Positions 45,250 to 55,831 of a DNA stretch of 64,000 bases are shown here, piece by piece (position 1 is the first letter of the stretch; each line of letters begins with the position of its first letter). The stretch is from the IMG/VR virus record IMGVR_UViG_3300034166_000463, positions 6,642-70,641 of that record. One strand, written 5' to 3'. Origin of the DNA: a virus (lineage: Duplodnaviria > Caudoviricetes). Position numbers and translations under genes: made by a program. A model generated the notes under the pieces. It was not told the origin of the DNA and did no database searches. It saw only the letters and a list, made by a program, of their open reading frames with translations.

Positions 45250-46800
45250 TTACAGACCAAGAGAGTCGCCGGGATTAACTCGGCCATCTGGACTTGGAAC
45301 AGCAAGGTGACGAATAACAACACCATACTCAGGATTAAGCGGCTTAGTTCCACTTGCAAGAACAGCGCGGAATTGTCCGATGGTTCCATCAGGGTTATCC
45401 GACTTGTCATCGTAGTTAGTCCACTTAATCTCACCAGCATAGTTGACGGCATCGAATTGAGCCTTGCCAACCGAAGTGATTGGACGAGGAACTTTCGAGC
45501 AAACAACGTCTTGATGGAAGATGAAGGAATCTTCCCAAGTGCCTTCAAGCCAATCTGGATTAGGAATCCGCTTGGTTCCAGCAATGTTCATAACGAACTG
45601 AGGAATACGAAGCCATGCTTTAAAGTAGATGTCATCAGTTGCATCGTTTGCAGAGAACACTGCACCATCAGCGCGTTTAACACGATAGGTAGTAGCAGTA
45701 AGATACTTCACAACAATAAGTGGAACACCACTGTAAGTCCCCGAAGACGGAGTGATTTGACTTCCCGGGAACAGACGAGTCATGTAGGTAGTGCCAAGAA
45801 TGGTATTCAGAGTCGTTCCCGAACTAAAGCCAGAGTTGACAGTGATAACAGCCGTCTTGTTGCCAGCGTCACGAGTAATGTCGTCGATGTGACGAGTATC
45901 ATCCGCGCCAGAAGCTGCGGTATGATATTTCTCCCAACGACGAATCCGGTCATCATTGATGTGACTAAATCCGTTGTAAGTCCACTTTTGCCCCATAGGC
46001 CCAAGAAGCTTTTCATTCATGCTAGAATAACGGAAATCCTCACGGATATCGGGATCAGCCATGATGAGGCGACGGGATTGGCGAGCGGAAGTAACCAGTC
46101 CATAAACAGGACGGTTTTCAGCCATGCCAAGAGCACCCTCAGCAGCACCTTGGAAGTTCAGATATTCATAAACGGAATCAAGGAATCCATTCGTCAGAAT
46201 CGAGGAATCAGTTCCAGTTGCGGAAGGGAAGCCGTAGCTATCATAATCACCACCAGTAAGGTTGAAACCAGAATCAAGAACAATAAGGTTGTCCGAAACA
46301 CGCTCATACTCAGAACGCTTACGCTCAATCCAGAACTCACGCTCTTGCTCGGCCATAGCCTTTACGCAAGCATTCATTTGTTGGACGCGAACGAACTTGT
46401 CGCGAAGGTTGTTTGTGTTCATTGGAGGACCCCAAATAGCTTTGTGCTTCAGATTGAAGTCACGAATGGTTTGCGAATAAGCAACGAAGTCAGCGGGTGG
46501 AACACCACCAGTGCTGTCAGCAGCTTGCGAATACGCACCGTTGTTAGTGTCAGATGCAGCAGTGCTCATGTCTGCCCAATCCACAGGATCGGTAGTTGCA
46601 GCATTTGCGCCATTCTCATCTGTCAGCATTACGCGGTCGAATTGGAATGTCTTTTGCACGGAAGATTTTTCATCCTCCCACATTTCTTGACGATAGAGCG
46701 TAATCCACGGAGTGGGTTGGCTCATCATTTTTTGGTTAATATCAGTTCCGATTTGCGGAGCTTGTTCGACTAGGAAGTCGTTGATTGTTGGAGCAGGCAT
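45250..46800 (-). CDS. major capsid protein
   Basis: Follows portal and scaffold; strong codon bias; terminator downstream. Confidence 0.75.
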   Translation of the reverse strand: MPAPTINDFLVEQAPQIGTDINQKMMSQPTPWITLYRQEMWEDEKSSVQKTFQFDRVMLTDENGANAATTDPVDWADMSTAASDTNNGAYSQAADSTGGVPPADFVAYSQTIRDFNLKHKAIWGPPMNTNNLRDKFVRVQQMNACVKAMAEQEREFWIERKRSEYERVSDNLIVLDSGFNLTGGDYDSYGFPSATGTDSSILTNGFLDSVYEYLNFQGAAEGALGMAENRPVYGLVTSARQSRRLIMADPDIREDFRYSSMNEKLLGPMGQKWTYNGFSHINDDRIRRWEKYHTAASGADDTRHIDDITRDAGNKTAVITVNSGFSSGTTLNTILGTTYMTRLFPGSQITPSSGTYSGVPLIVVKYLTATTYRVKRADGAVFSANDATDDIYFKAWLRIPQFVMNIAGTKRIPNPDWLEGTWEDSFIFHQDVVCSKVPRPITSVGKAQFDAVNYAGEIKWTNYDDKSDNPDGTIGQFRAVLASGTKPLNPEYGVVIRHLAVPSPDGRVNPGDSLGL

Positions 46801-47032
46801 AATTTTATTTTAGTTAGAGTTTTGGTTTGTTAGTTAGCGTTAATATAGTGACGTATCACTACGAGGAAAACAGAGTTTGTCCCAGATGGGATTACTCAGA
46901 AAATGCTTTCAATTAGAACGCACTAACACGGCGAGCGGGTGAATCTGGTCTGCTTTTAGAACCTGCCAAATCTTAGGTTCGTAGAAACAATTGCCGAATT
47001 CACCCGCTTTGTCCAGAAAAAAATTAATTTAT

Positions 47033-48280
47033 TTAACCAGAGAAATCCATGTCTCCAAACTTCTCTACAAAGCTTCTACTATCACTTGAAGATGAAGATG
47101 CCTGACTGGAATTAATACTATTTCCAGTATTAGCCCTAGCCTTAATTGCCTTCTCATCACCAACTTCATACTCATGAAGTTTTTGACGGAGGTTGTTAAT
47201 CTCTCCAGCGAGATGTTTTACCATCACTCCAGAAAAAGAAGCAAGAGCCATGTCACGAGTCCCAGCCCTAGAGAAGTCCAAAGACATTGTTTTGTTTCGC
47301 ATCTCTTTGAATACCTCTGTTTCTTTGCCATCCTCTCCAACCAAACCCGGAATCTTCTCCTTGTATTTATCCCATAGGGTTCGGAGATGAGTTTGATAAA
47401 CCTTCCTGTTTTCTTCCAATGCTTTTTCAGTTTGCATTACACGGTCAGCTTCAATCTTCTGAATGTATTTTTCAGCATCTTGAAGCATTTCCTGACGCTT
47501 ACCAAGAAGTCTTGTAAGGTCTTGGCTAATGCGATAAACTTCAGACTTATCATAATCTGAAAACTCACTAAGATGTTCCTTGATTAGTTCATTTTGCTTC
47601 TTGCGATCACCCTCAGAAATAATAGACCACAGCACTTGGGGATCACCTTCATACAACTTAGCGAGCTCTTCGCTCTTATCATAAAGATCATCAACAGGCT
47701 TTCTGATTTCCCTTTTAAATTCTTCAGATGTTTCAACTTTAATTTTTGCGCTTTGGTTGGAAAGCTCAGCAATTTGCTGCCTCAAACCCTCAGCCTCCGA
47801 AGCTTTTAGCTCCAAGTCACTTAGTTTTTGCTGAACTTCTGGGCTTATTGTATTCTGCTTGGCTTCTTTAAGCTCATTACGCAAAGCTTTGAACTTGTCG
47901 CCAGCCTTAGCTTCCATGCCCTGCACAGCTTCTTCTGTTTCCTTATCAAATGATTCTTCGTCAAAGCCAACTTTCTCTTCAGCCTTCTCTTTAATCGGAG
48001 GGGTTTCTGCCTCTAGGAAATCGTCATCAAACTTAATATCGTTTTCTTTTGCCTCCTTTTTGCTCTCCACGGCTTCGCTAGAGGGCTTTGCTTCCTTTTC
48101 TTGAGTCTTTGTAGGCGCAAGAGCTACCTCCTTATCAGGCGGGGCTGAGGGCGCAGCATTGTCTTCCTGCTTATCAAAGAGCTTTTCAAAAGCATCATTG
48201 ATTCCTCCGATACTTGGATCGGCCCATTTTTGGCCTCCAGTCATAATTTCTTCCGACGTTTTTTCTGTTGTTGCTGACAT
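47033..48280 (-). CDS. capsid scaffolding protein
   Basis: Acidic disordered N-terminus plus coiled coil, between portal and capsid. Confidence 0.7.
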   Translation of the reverse strand: MSATTEKTSEEIMTGGQKWADPSIGGINDAFEKLFDKQEDNAAPSAPPDKEVALAPTKTQEKEAKPSSEAVESKKEAKENDIKFDDDFLEAETPPIKEKAEEKVGFDEESFDKETEEAVQGMEAKAGDKFKALRNELKEAKQNTISPEVQQKLSDLELKASEAEGLRQQIAELSNQSAKIKVETSEEFKREIRKPVDDLYDKSEELAKLYEGDPQVLWSIISEGDRKKQNELIKEHLSEFSDYDKSEVYRISQDLTRLLGKRQEMLQDAEKYIQKIEADRVMQTEKALEENRKVYQTHLRTLWDKYKEKIPGLVGEDGKETEVFKEMRNKTMSLDFSRAGTRDMALASFSGVMVKHLAGEINNLRQKLHEYEVGDEKAIKARANTGNSINSSQASSSSSDSRSFVEKFGDMDFSG

Positions 48281-48295
48281 TGTATTTTCTTTGTT

Positions 48296-48550
48296 TTACT
48301 GGCGATGGATCAATCTTTTAGGCAGGACTTGCGGGTTCGCCTTTATATCCGCATATCCAAATAGAGTTGCAATTACATCACGAGCGCCTTCTTGATAATG
48401 GAAAGCCAAGGCAGATTGCTCAATTGTTTCTGAGCCAGACTTTTTCCTGCCAATCTCCATAAGAGAAAGTTGAATGCCACGATGCAGTAGCGGAGAATTA
48501 AATAAATGAGCTAGTTGCTCTTTTTCGATTTCAGTAAATGTAAGATTCAT
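48296..48550 (-). CDS. small head-assembly protein
   Basis: FHYQEGARDVI motif; position after the portal. Confidence 0.55.
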   Translation of the reverse strand: MNLTFTEIEKEQLAHLFNSPLLHRGIQLSLMEIGRKKSGSETIEQSALAFHYQEGARDVIATLFGYADIKANPQVLPKRLIHRQ

Positions 48551-48562
48551 TTTTAGTCAGGA

Positions 48563-50899
48563 CTAAATTTGCGTGGACTTAAGACGAGTCATTTTTGCTT
48601 GTGTCTCAGCGTCTCTTGTAATAATTGAAGACATTGCTTTTTGAGCTGCTTGAACTTGCGTCTGAGCCCCTATCTCTTTAATCATCTGAAGCTTGGCTAC
48701 ATGAGCCTCCATCATTTGTTGGAGTTTTTGCTTATGAAGCATATCCTTTTCTTGAAGCTTTGCTTGCGTTGCTTTTGCTTGGGCTTGTAGAGCTGCATCA
48801 TCTGGACTCATTCCATCTTGAGCTTTCTGTGGATCTTCCATTTCACCGTCTCTAACCTTTTTCTCCATTGCTTTCATGCCATTTACGACAATCTCGCCAA
48901 TTTGCTGAACCAGTTCTTGATACTTGTTCAATTCAGGTTGAATACCCTTATAGACAGTAGTAACTGCCAATGTGTCAACGCAATGCTTGTAGAGCATTTG
49001 ATACTTCATTGTCCATTCGATCAGATCAACTTCACCAGTTTCAACGCCTTCCAAACCTGCTTCAAGAGCCGGAATGTGAGCAGATAGATGCACCATATGA
49101 TTCTCTCCATCCGTAGGAGCAATGTAATCACTCTCAAGAAGCTCCATGTTTTCAAGCTCTGCAATCTTGAAATCGTAAGGAAGACGCTTCTCATTTGGTT
49201 TCCCTGTGTATCGCTCCGCCTTATCAACTCCTAAGAGCTCAACAAGGTAATCATATTCAAAGTTGGAACGACCAACTGCATCAAATGTAGAGTATAGTTG
49301 CTGAACTTGATCAAGCAACATGATTCGACTTGCACGAGAACCCGTCCCAATAATCCGAGTTGCTTTAACTCGTTTGAAATCAATCTTACCAAAGGCGTCA
49401 GCAGGAACGCCACGAGCGACACATCGAGCCTTCATTTCATTAACCCGCTTCCTAGCTTGCTTGTCTTTCTGCCTAACAGTGAAAGCACGTTTAACTTTCT
49501 CCCTCATGATTTTATCATACGGGCCATAAAAAAGATTGATTGCAAAACTGTTTAGCTTGTTAATGTAATCTAACTGCGAACTCACTTCTAGCTTCGTCCT
49601 GCGATCTTGCTCTGGATTCATTACCATATTACCAGAAGCCAAACCACCAGTGGCGCGATTCAAAATCCTTCGACTTTCTTCAATTGCAGGAATCAATGAG
49701 TTGTTTAGGTTCTGGCTCATCTGCCGTTCTGGAATCTTCATTGTTGGAGGCAGACAAATAAAGCCGCCAGCATCAATCAATTGAGAATCCTGAAGGTCTT
49801 CAACGCTCGAAGGCTGAACAATAAGCGACGATCCAATCCTAGCATTGTCCAGAAGCTTACAGTGCATTACATCCATTGCAGTGCAAAGCTGGTAGATAAG
49901 ATAGCCAAGACCACGAACTGTATACAAAAGTCCACCATTGCCTACATTAAAGGTGAAAAGTTGAAAAGCCTCGTCAACGGAATCGTAGAAATCACGTTGC
50001 TTAAACAAAAATTCTTCTTTGCCCTTTCCTCCTTCAGCAGCGTCCAATGTGGTAATGTAAAAGCTAATTTTCCCATTGAATTCTTTTACCCAAAGGAAAA
50101 TAACCTCGACTGGTTCAGCCACAGTGGAAACATAAACCTCATTGGATTTAATGTCTCGCTGGACTTGCTCCCAGTTACCCCATGTCTGGCTTTTGATTTT
50201 GGATGTAGTGTTAACAATAGCCCTCTTTACGGCTTTTTCATTCCATCCATCAAGAGCGCCTTCTCCAATTTTCCCATACAAATCAGTTACAGTCATTGTT
50301 CCTGAAGCGGCTGCAACCTCAACGCCACTTGAAACAATACCAGTGCTTCTTGGAAATTTGAATTTATCAAGTCCAGCTACTGAGTATTGCATCGTTTGCT
50401 TATCGTCAAAGAAAGCAACTCCAACTCCATGAGTGACATAAGTGTCTGATAACTGCAAATGCAACGGAAGGCTTTTGTCATCGCTACGATCCATCGTAGT
50501 AAACTCTTCAGCCATAATTTGAGACCACGTATCAGCGTAGTTCTCATCTATTTCTTTTGAAAGAGGAATTTCCGCCAGAGTTTTTGGATTGGCGTAAATA
50601 TCAAGATAGGCTGAAACAGCTTCGTTCTTGATTGCTGGACCTTCCCCTGTAGTAATATTGAACCTATCAGACTGCCCTTTGTTCTCTAGCTCTTCTTCAT
50701 CATGCGGAGGAATGAAATCCATTAAGCCCTGAACCAACGAGCGATTAAAGGAACCTGATTCATCATCAGATTCCATCTTCCTAAAGATTCCACGAGCAGC
50801 TTCAGGAGTGCTTATTCTTTCTGGTGGCGCTTCTAGTGTTTCGTCATCAAGCAACTTGAGATCGTCCAAAGCTTGTTCCGTATCTGAAAATAGAGCCAT
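48563..50899 (-). CDS. portal protein
   Basis: 778 aa downstream of TerL; ENHMVHL motif and Gln/Ala-rich C-terminal barrel. Confidence 0.8.
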   Translation of the reverse strand: MALFSDTEQALDDLKLLDDETLEAPPERISTPEAARGIFRKMESDDESGSFNRSLVQGLMDFIPPHDEEELENKGQSDRFNITTGEGPAIKNEAVSAYLDIYANPKTLAEIPLSKEIDENYADTWSQIMAEEFTTMDRSDDKSLPLHLQLSDTYVTHGVGVAFFDDKQTMQYSVAGLDKFKFPRSTGIVSSGVEVAAASGTMTVTDLYGKIGEGALDGWNEKAVKRAIVNTTSKIKSQTWGNWEQVQRDIKSNEVYVSTVAEPVEVIFLWVKEFNGKISFYITTLDAAEGGKGKEEFLFKQRDFYDSVDEAFQLFTFNVGNGGLLYTVRGLGYLIYQLCTAMDVMHCKLLDNARIGSSLIVQPSSVEDLQDSQLIDAGGFICLPPTMKIPERQMSQNLNNSLIPAIEESRRILNRATGGLASGNMVMNPEQDRRTKLEVSSQLDYINKLNSFAINLFYGPYDKIMREKVKRAFTVRQKDKQARKRVNEMKARCVARGVPADAFGKIDFKRVKATRIIGTGSRASRIMLLDQVQQLYSTFDAVGRSNFEYDYLVELLGVDKAERYTGKPNEKRLPYDFKIAELENMELLESDYIAPTDGENHMVHLSAHIPALEAGLEGVETGEVDLIEWTMKYQMLYKHCVDTLAVTTVYKGIQPELNKYQELVQQIGEIVVNGMKAMEKKVRDGEMEDPQKAQDGMSPDDAALQAQAKATQAKLQEKDMLHKQKLQQMMEAHVAKLQMIKEIGAQTQVQAAQKAMSSIITRDAETQAKMTRLKSTQI

Positions 50900-51013
50900 T
50901 TTTCTTGTTGAATTTAATTTACCTGCCAGATGTTCTTAGAACATATTTACTAAATCAAAATTAGTAAGTTGCTGATTGAATCCCTTAATTCAACCAAGTT
51001 GTCAAGAATATCT

Positions 51014-52792
51014 TTATCCAATTCTCATTTTCCTACCACATGAACTTCCGAGAGCTCTTGTTGCTCCTGCTTTAGCCCACCCATTATTCACCATACGCGC
51101 AACTTGCTTAACTTCAGAACTATTAAAGCGCCCTAGCGTAATTGCTTTTTCTACAAGCATATTGAATACGTCAGCGCGGTCAGGACTTCTCTTTAGTCTT
51201 TTCTTTGCCTCCTCTTTGCTTTCAACCCTTAGAGCCTTTATTTCTTTTTTGTGATACTCACGTTCAATTAACTCGGCCATCGTTTCTTTGGACAATCCAC
51301 TAATCTGTCTACCTCGAATAAACTCCTTTGGCTGTATCCACAATTCACTATTCTTGTTGTAGAAAGGCGTGTTCTGCTCTCGAAACACAACTGTTCTGTC
51401 ACTAGCTTTCCCTTGGAAGTTGACTTTCTGAACGGCTGGACTCCATAGTTTATCTACAATGTGGCCAAATGCCTGACCTCCACCAGTGTTGTCCATAATA
51501 GCGTGGTTTGGATTAACTCCAAAATCCCCCGCCAGCTTCATCCATTGATCTACAATCTGGAATGTATGCGGTGTTTCTTTGTTATTTACGTCTTCTTCTA
51601 AAGCGCCCTCATAACAAAAATGCAAATGGTCAACACTGTTAACCTTACCTAATCGAGCAAAAGCGCAGAATGACCTATCCCCTTCCCTAGAAAAGCTCTC
51701 ATCCAAGGCTGTCAAAACTATTGGCCTGTCATCCCATGAAGGCTCATCTTGATCTAATACCCCATGATTCAAGAACTCTAGCTCTGAATAAATGGAATTT
51801 GTCGCACCGTCAGGACACCAGAAAGCTTTAATAAACTGGTAATAACCACGGGAATCCTTGCCGCCCCGCTCCTCCGCTACCAAATCGCACAATTCTTGAT
51901 TGGGTTGCCAGAAATACTTATGCCTACCCCTCGCATCAACCAAGTCAGGATTCATAATCCTTGGACTTTTTTCAGCATTCAACCGAATACACCTTCCATA
52001 CTTCGTCTTCCAACTCTCGTCTTCCTCTGTAATCGACTTCCAGCCATTTTCTGGCTCACTCAAATCTCCAAAAGAATCACTAATCCTATCCGGGTTACTC
52101 ATTCCACAAAAGGTTAGCCGCTCATTCGACGTAAGGTTCTGTCTGGATGTTCTCAATATCCCCTCACCCAAGTAAGCAAACTCATCCGCCGCAACCAAGA
52201 AGTTAGGATTTTTTAAGCCCTGCAAGTCCTTACAAGCCGTTGCAGCCTCTGTTCCCCCAGCCGCCATCAAAATAATACCACTATTCCGCGTCAACTGACC
52301 CTTGGCGTTAATCCCCTTAATGTATCCATCTGAATCAATCAGCTTGCCCGGACATCCTTTCTCAACAGCCTGACTCCAAAACTGATTGATACTCTTCCAT
52401 ATCCGCCCCCGCGCCGACAATTTTGTCGTGCTCATTACAATAAAGTAAGTGTCCGTTGGCCGACTCCAATAACTCATCAGCCCATACAACGCCACCGCAT
52501 CACTCTTTCCCGACGAAGAACAACCAGCCAGCGACAAAAACTGATGATTCGACCAATCCCCTATCAACTCCCTCACAATCCACTCAGTCCACTCATTCCA
52601 CACAACCTCCCTAATGCTCCCCTCACAGTTGAACGCCAAATCAACAGCCCTCTTAAAACAATCAAATCTTTGATCAGGACTTATCTCTCCCCTCGAAAAC
52701 ATCCACAAATTAGCATCTATCTCTGAACTCCCCAAAGGAAACTCCATCCCACAAACAACAGGCCCCCTCACAGCATTACTATTAACACTCAT
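51014..52792 (-). CDS. terL: terminase large subunit
   Basis: GCSSSGKS Walker A, VAADE Walker B, ALD...GD and SPDRAD nuclease motifs. Confidence 0.9.
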   Translation of the reverse strand: MSVNSNAVRGPVVCGMEFPLGSSEIDANLWMFSRGEISPDQRFDCFKRAVDLAFNCEGSIREVVWNEWTEWIVRELIGDWSNHQFLSLAGCSSSGKSDAVALYGLMSYWSRPTDTYFIVMSTTKLSARGRIWKSINQFWSQAVEKGCPGKLIDSDGYIKGINAKGQLTRNSGIILMAAGGTEAATACKDLQGLKNPNFLVAADEFAYLGEGILRTSRQNLTSNERLTFCGMSNPDRISDSFGDLSEPENGWKSITEEDESWKTKYGRCIRLNAEKSPRIMNPDLVDARGRHKYFWQPNQELCDLVAEERGGKDSRGYYQFIKAFWCPDGATNSIYSELEFLNHGVLDQDEPSWDDRPIVLTALDESFSREGDRSFCAFARLGKVNSVDHLHFCYEGALEEDVNNKETPHTFQIVDQWMKLAGDFGVNPNHAIMDNTGGGQAFGHIVDKLWSPAVQKVNFQGKASDRTVVFREQNTPFYNKNSELWIQPKEFIRGRQISGLSKETMAELIEREYHKKEIKALRVESKEEAKKRLKRSPDRADVFNMLVEKAITLGRFNSSEVKQVARMVNNGWAKAGATRALGSSCGRKMRIG

Positions 52793-52801
52793 AATTTAAA
52801 T

Positions 52802-52875
52802 TGGTTGCGCAGACGAGAATCGAACTCGTAACTCAAGCTTATGAGGCTCGCATGATACCTTTTCAACACCGCGCT
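52802..52875 (-). tRNA. tRNA-Met(CAT), initiator-like 1:72 mismatch
   Basis: Minus strand AGCGCGG...CT-CAT-AA...GTTCGATTC...CTGCGCA-A-CCA. Confidence 0.85.
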
Positions 52876-52878
52876 AAA

Positions 52879-52911
52879 ATTATATACCAATCCACAATAC
52901 CCGCCGTCAAG
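52879..52911 (-). promoter_or_regulatory. sigma70-like promoter upstream of tRNA/terL
   Basis: Minus strand TTGACG-N18-TATATAAT. Confidence 0.45.
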
Positions 52912-52943
52912 CACTCTTAATTTTTTTTCTGCTTTTTAGACAC

Positions 52944-53026
52944 TTTATTTTTTCCCGCAAGATTTTATTTTTTCCCACGAAGTTTTATTTTTTCCCTCAC
53001 AAAGTTTTATTTTTTTCCTCACAAAG
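52944..53026. repeat. four degenerate ~21-bp tandem repeats
   Basis: Units of the form AAG(T)TTTTATTTTTTCCC(N)CAC. Confidence 0.8.
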
Positions 53027-53243
53027 AACCCTTTCAGTTATGTGCGTCGAGTGAAACGAGTTGGTCAGCGCCTACCCCCCCCGTGGCCCCTCTGGAGTAT
53101 GCCTAGCTAGTGTTCATATCACTTAGTTAGTAGCATACAGCTAGAGACCAGCATCACACTCTCAGTAGTAACTGCATCACGTTGATGTAGCCTACCATCG
53201 AGCAACACAGCAGCGTAGCTCACTGCAATAGAAAGACACACAC

Positions 53244-53414
53244 ATGAAAGAAACATTGATTGAACTATGGTTCGTAGTTATGCGAATCTTCTGGTTGGCA
53301 GTTTGTGCTGCCGCCTTGGTTGGGCTTGTGCGCACTTGCGCTTGGGCAGACACGGGGATTCGTGGAGAATCACCCATCATTACTAACCCTAACCCATTTG
53401 GTAAACATGAGTGA
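53244..53414 (+). CDS. small membrane/secreted protein (56 aa)
   Basis: ACACACAC-ATG leader; hydrophobic N-terminus. Confidence 0.5.
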   Translation: MKETLIELWFVVMRIFWLAVCAAALVGLVRTCAWADTGIRGESPIITNPNPFGKHE

Positions 53415-53661
53415 GTGGCCAAGGTTGGATGATCCTGCATGGACTGACCATGCTATGTCGGTTGTTGCTGACGTAATGGTTAGTGATGAACCTCACAAGG
53501 ACTGTCCTGTATCTCCGGGGCTATTCGTAGCCAAGAGATCAGGTCGTCGTTGCTCAGTCGTCTGGGTAGCTAACTGGACTCTAGGTGTTAAATACCGAGA
53601 GGACGGGGAATGCTACACTAGGGCTATTAAGGAGTTTTTAACTCTCTACGAGCGGGTCTAA
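53407..53661 (+). CDS. hypothetical protein
   Basis: Overlaps the previous ORF; followed by a hairpin at about 53673-53705. Confidence 0.5.
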   Translation: MSEWPRLDDPAWTDHAMSVVADVMVSDEPHKDCPVSPGLFVAKRSGRRCSVVWVANWTLGVKYREDGECYTRAIKEFLTLYERV

Positions 53662-54200
53662 CACTCGAACCAAGAGCCATCGGTCGTAACTGATCGGTGG
53701 CTCTCATTCGGGAGTTAGAGAAACCTCTCACATCCCATCCCCATCATACCGGCAGATTGTTTTTCCGCACTCAATCGTTGGGTTGCCTTCGGTGATTTTG
53801 GTCTTATTGTATTTAATCTCCGTTGTGGGCTTCGCTTGATGCTTTATTAAGATAATAACAATCAAACTTTGTTATCTTATCTGATGATTCAAACACCTTT
53901 GTCACCCTCAGACGGAGAAATCTTGATGCTTTTATACCTCAGAGATGATTCTTTTGTGAGCTTTTATGTCACGAAAATGGCTTTAAGACTATTTATGGCT
54001 ACTTAAGGCTCGTTTGGGGCTCCTTTGGGGTGATTTGGGCTCATTTTGGGTGATGGTGAGCGTAGGGTTTAGCAATGGGCTAAATCTGAGGTTTGGCTAC
54101 ATATTCTATTCACTGTCTTCCTCTCTTCGATTTTAAAGAGAGGTGGAGAAAAAAGTAAAGCATAAAAGTTAAAAAAGTAACTTGAGTGGATTACTAAGGA

Positions 54201-54728
54201 TTAGATGTCGATGGTCGGGCGGGGAGAGAAGCCTTGAGTTGCAAGGATGTTAACGGTTGTAGAGCCGTTAGAGGAAGCGGAGCCTGAGGGATCAATAGCA
54301 TCTTTCATTAGCTTATTAGCGGTTGCAGCTTCAGCGAAAGTTTGTGGGACGGGTGACATGGCGAAGAAGCGAGCGAGAGCTTTCTGAGCGCCTTGATACA
54401 CTTGTTCACGAGCGTCTTGTTGCCTTGTCTCCCACAGGCCTAATACAGCGGCAGTTGCAGGATCGGAAGCAATGGTCTCGTTTTTAGTCATGGCTAAACG
54501 CTGTTTAGTGAGCCATTTCTCTTTACAGGAGCGGGCGCGGATGAGTTGGGCGGTGACACCATAGTTCTTAGCGAGCTCTCCATAGGTTACTCCCTTCTCA
54601 GCCAGAGAGCGTATGACAGGCCAGTCAGAGTCCCTTACCTTCTTGTGAGGCATACGGGACAGAAGCATTTCAGGAGCCGCTTGTGGGGCATCCTGAGGCG
54701 ATTGAGGGGGTGGTTGTTCATCGGACAT
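54201..54728 (-). CDS. terminase small subunit (HTH)
   Basis: DWPVIRSLAEKGVTYGELAKNYGV...RSCKEKW N-terminal HTH; same strand as and upstream of terL. Confidence 0.7.
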   Translation of the reverse strand: MSDEQPPPQSPQDAPQAAPEMLLSRMPHKKVRDSDWPVIRSLAEKGVTYGELAKNYGVTAQLIRARSCKEKWLTKQRLAMTKNETIASDPATAAVLGLWETRQQDAREQVYQGAQKALARFFAMSPVPQTFAEAATANKLMKDAIDPSGSASSNGSTTVNILATQGFSPRPTIDI

Positions 54729-54812
54729 GGTGGACAAATACAATTTCGACTCGTCAGAGTCAAACACGAAAGGGCTACGTGCATTTAGCCTGACTAAAAT
54801 ACACACATTGAA

Positions 54813-55304
54813 ATGAAAACACACACAGGGCTCATCACCCATTTGAACGATGATGAAGTGTTCGTCTTTGGAGCAAACCTAGATGGATTCCACGGCGCGG
54901 GCTCAGCGGGCTATGCGTCGTTTGGCGAAGCTGGCAATCTCTGGCGCAAACATAACTACGGGTCTTGGGCAAACGGAACCAAAGGCAAATGGAACGTAAA
55001 GGGCAAAACCGGACCGATGCAAGGAACCGAAGGAAAGTCCTACGGCTTACCTACGGTGACACGCTGCGGAGCGAAGAGATCGCTGGAAATCGACTTCAGT
55101 CCGCTCTTTGAATGCTGCTCCCGCAACCCACAATGGACGTTCTACTTCGCCCAAGAGGGCAAGGTTGGGCTCAACGGCTGGACACCGGAGGAAATCGCCT
55201 CATTCGCAGCCAAAGCCGGGGAATGGCCTGCCAACCTGATTCCGAGCGAGTCGTTCGCTCCATACATTTCAAGGCGCGAGTGCGTCAAGACGGGAAAGGA
55301 CTAA
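54813..55304 (+). CDS. A1S_2505-family (macrodomain-like) phage protein
   Basis: EVFVFGANLDGFHGAGSA...GKSYGLPT motifs. Confidence 0.75.
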   Translation: MKTHTGLITHLNDDEVFVFGANLDGFHGAGSAGYASFGEAGNLWRKHNYGSWANGTKGKWNVKGKTGPMQGTEGKSYGLPTVTRCGAKRSLEIDFSPLFECCSRNPQWTFYFAQEGKVGLNGWTPEEIASFAAKAGEWPANLIPSESFAPYISRRECVKTGKD

Positions 55305-55337
55305 CCCGTGTTTAGTCCAAACTAAAACATACACACT

Positions 55338-55712
55338 ATGAACACACCAAAGATAACCGTGGGGAACGTCCGTAATGGACTTCTCCCCAATCACGACATT
55401 CACCTGTATTGCGGGCGCGGTAACGCTCCTGCGGGCATGGTGAATGCAAGGCTAGGCAATCCGCACCACATGAACGGAGAGTCACAGCGACACATAGTTT
55501 GCGAACTGTATGAAGCTGATCTCGTTGATGATGCTCACCCACACTGGAAGCTCATTACAAGGATTGGAGAGAGGTTAGCAGAAGGGAAGAGCATCGCGCT
55601 CTACTGCTTTTGCGCTCCGAAACGCTGTCATTGCGACACTATCAAAAAGAAAGCGCAGATTCAGTGCGCTTTGATGCGTGATCCGATGAACCCGTTCATA
55701 CCGGCTCGCTAA
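55338..55712 (+). CDS. DUF4326 family protein
   Basis: YCGRG...LGNP...LYCFCAPKRCHCD. Confidence 0.85.
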   Translation: MNTPKITVGNVRNGLLPNHDIHLYCGRGNAPAGMVNARLGNPHHMNGESQRHIVCELYEADLVDDAHPHWKLITRIGERLAEGKSIALYCFCAPKRCHCDTIKKKAQIQCALMRDPMNPFIPAR

Positions 55713-55831
55713 ACCTAGTCCGTTCGTCTCTTGGTTTACACTGAGAGGCGATAGGACTGGGTTTCGAGCGCTTCGCGCTTGAGATACCAGCGTCCATGCG
55801 AGTGTATGGACAAAATAGAAAGGATGATAAC

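Noticed and set aside
45307-46773. 488-aa antisense ORF over the capsid gene
   Set aside because: In-register shadow produced by the codon bias of a highly expressed gene; no protein-like motifs.
52944-53026. Possible CRISPR array
   Set aside because: The repeats are directly adjacent with no spacers, and no cas genes are present.
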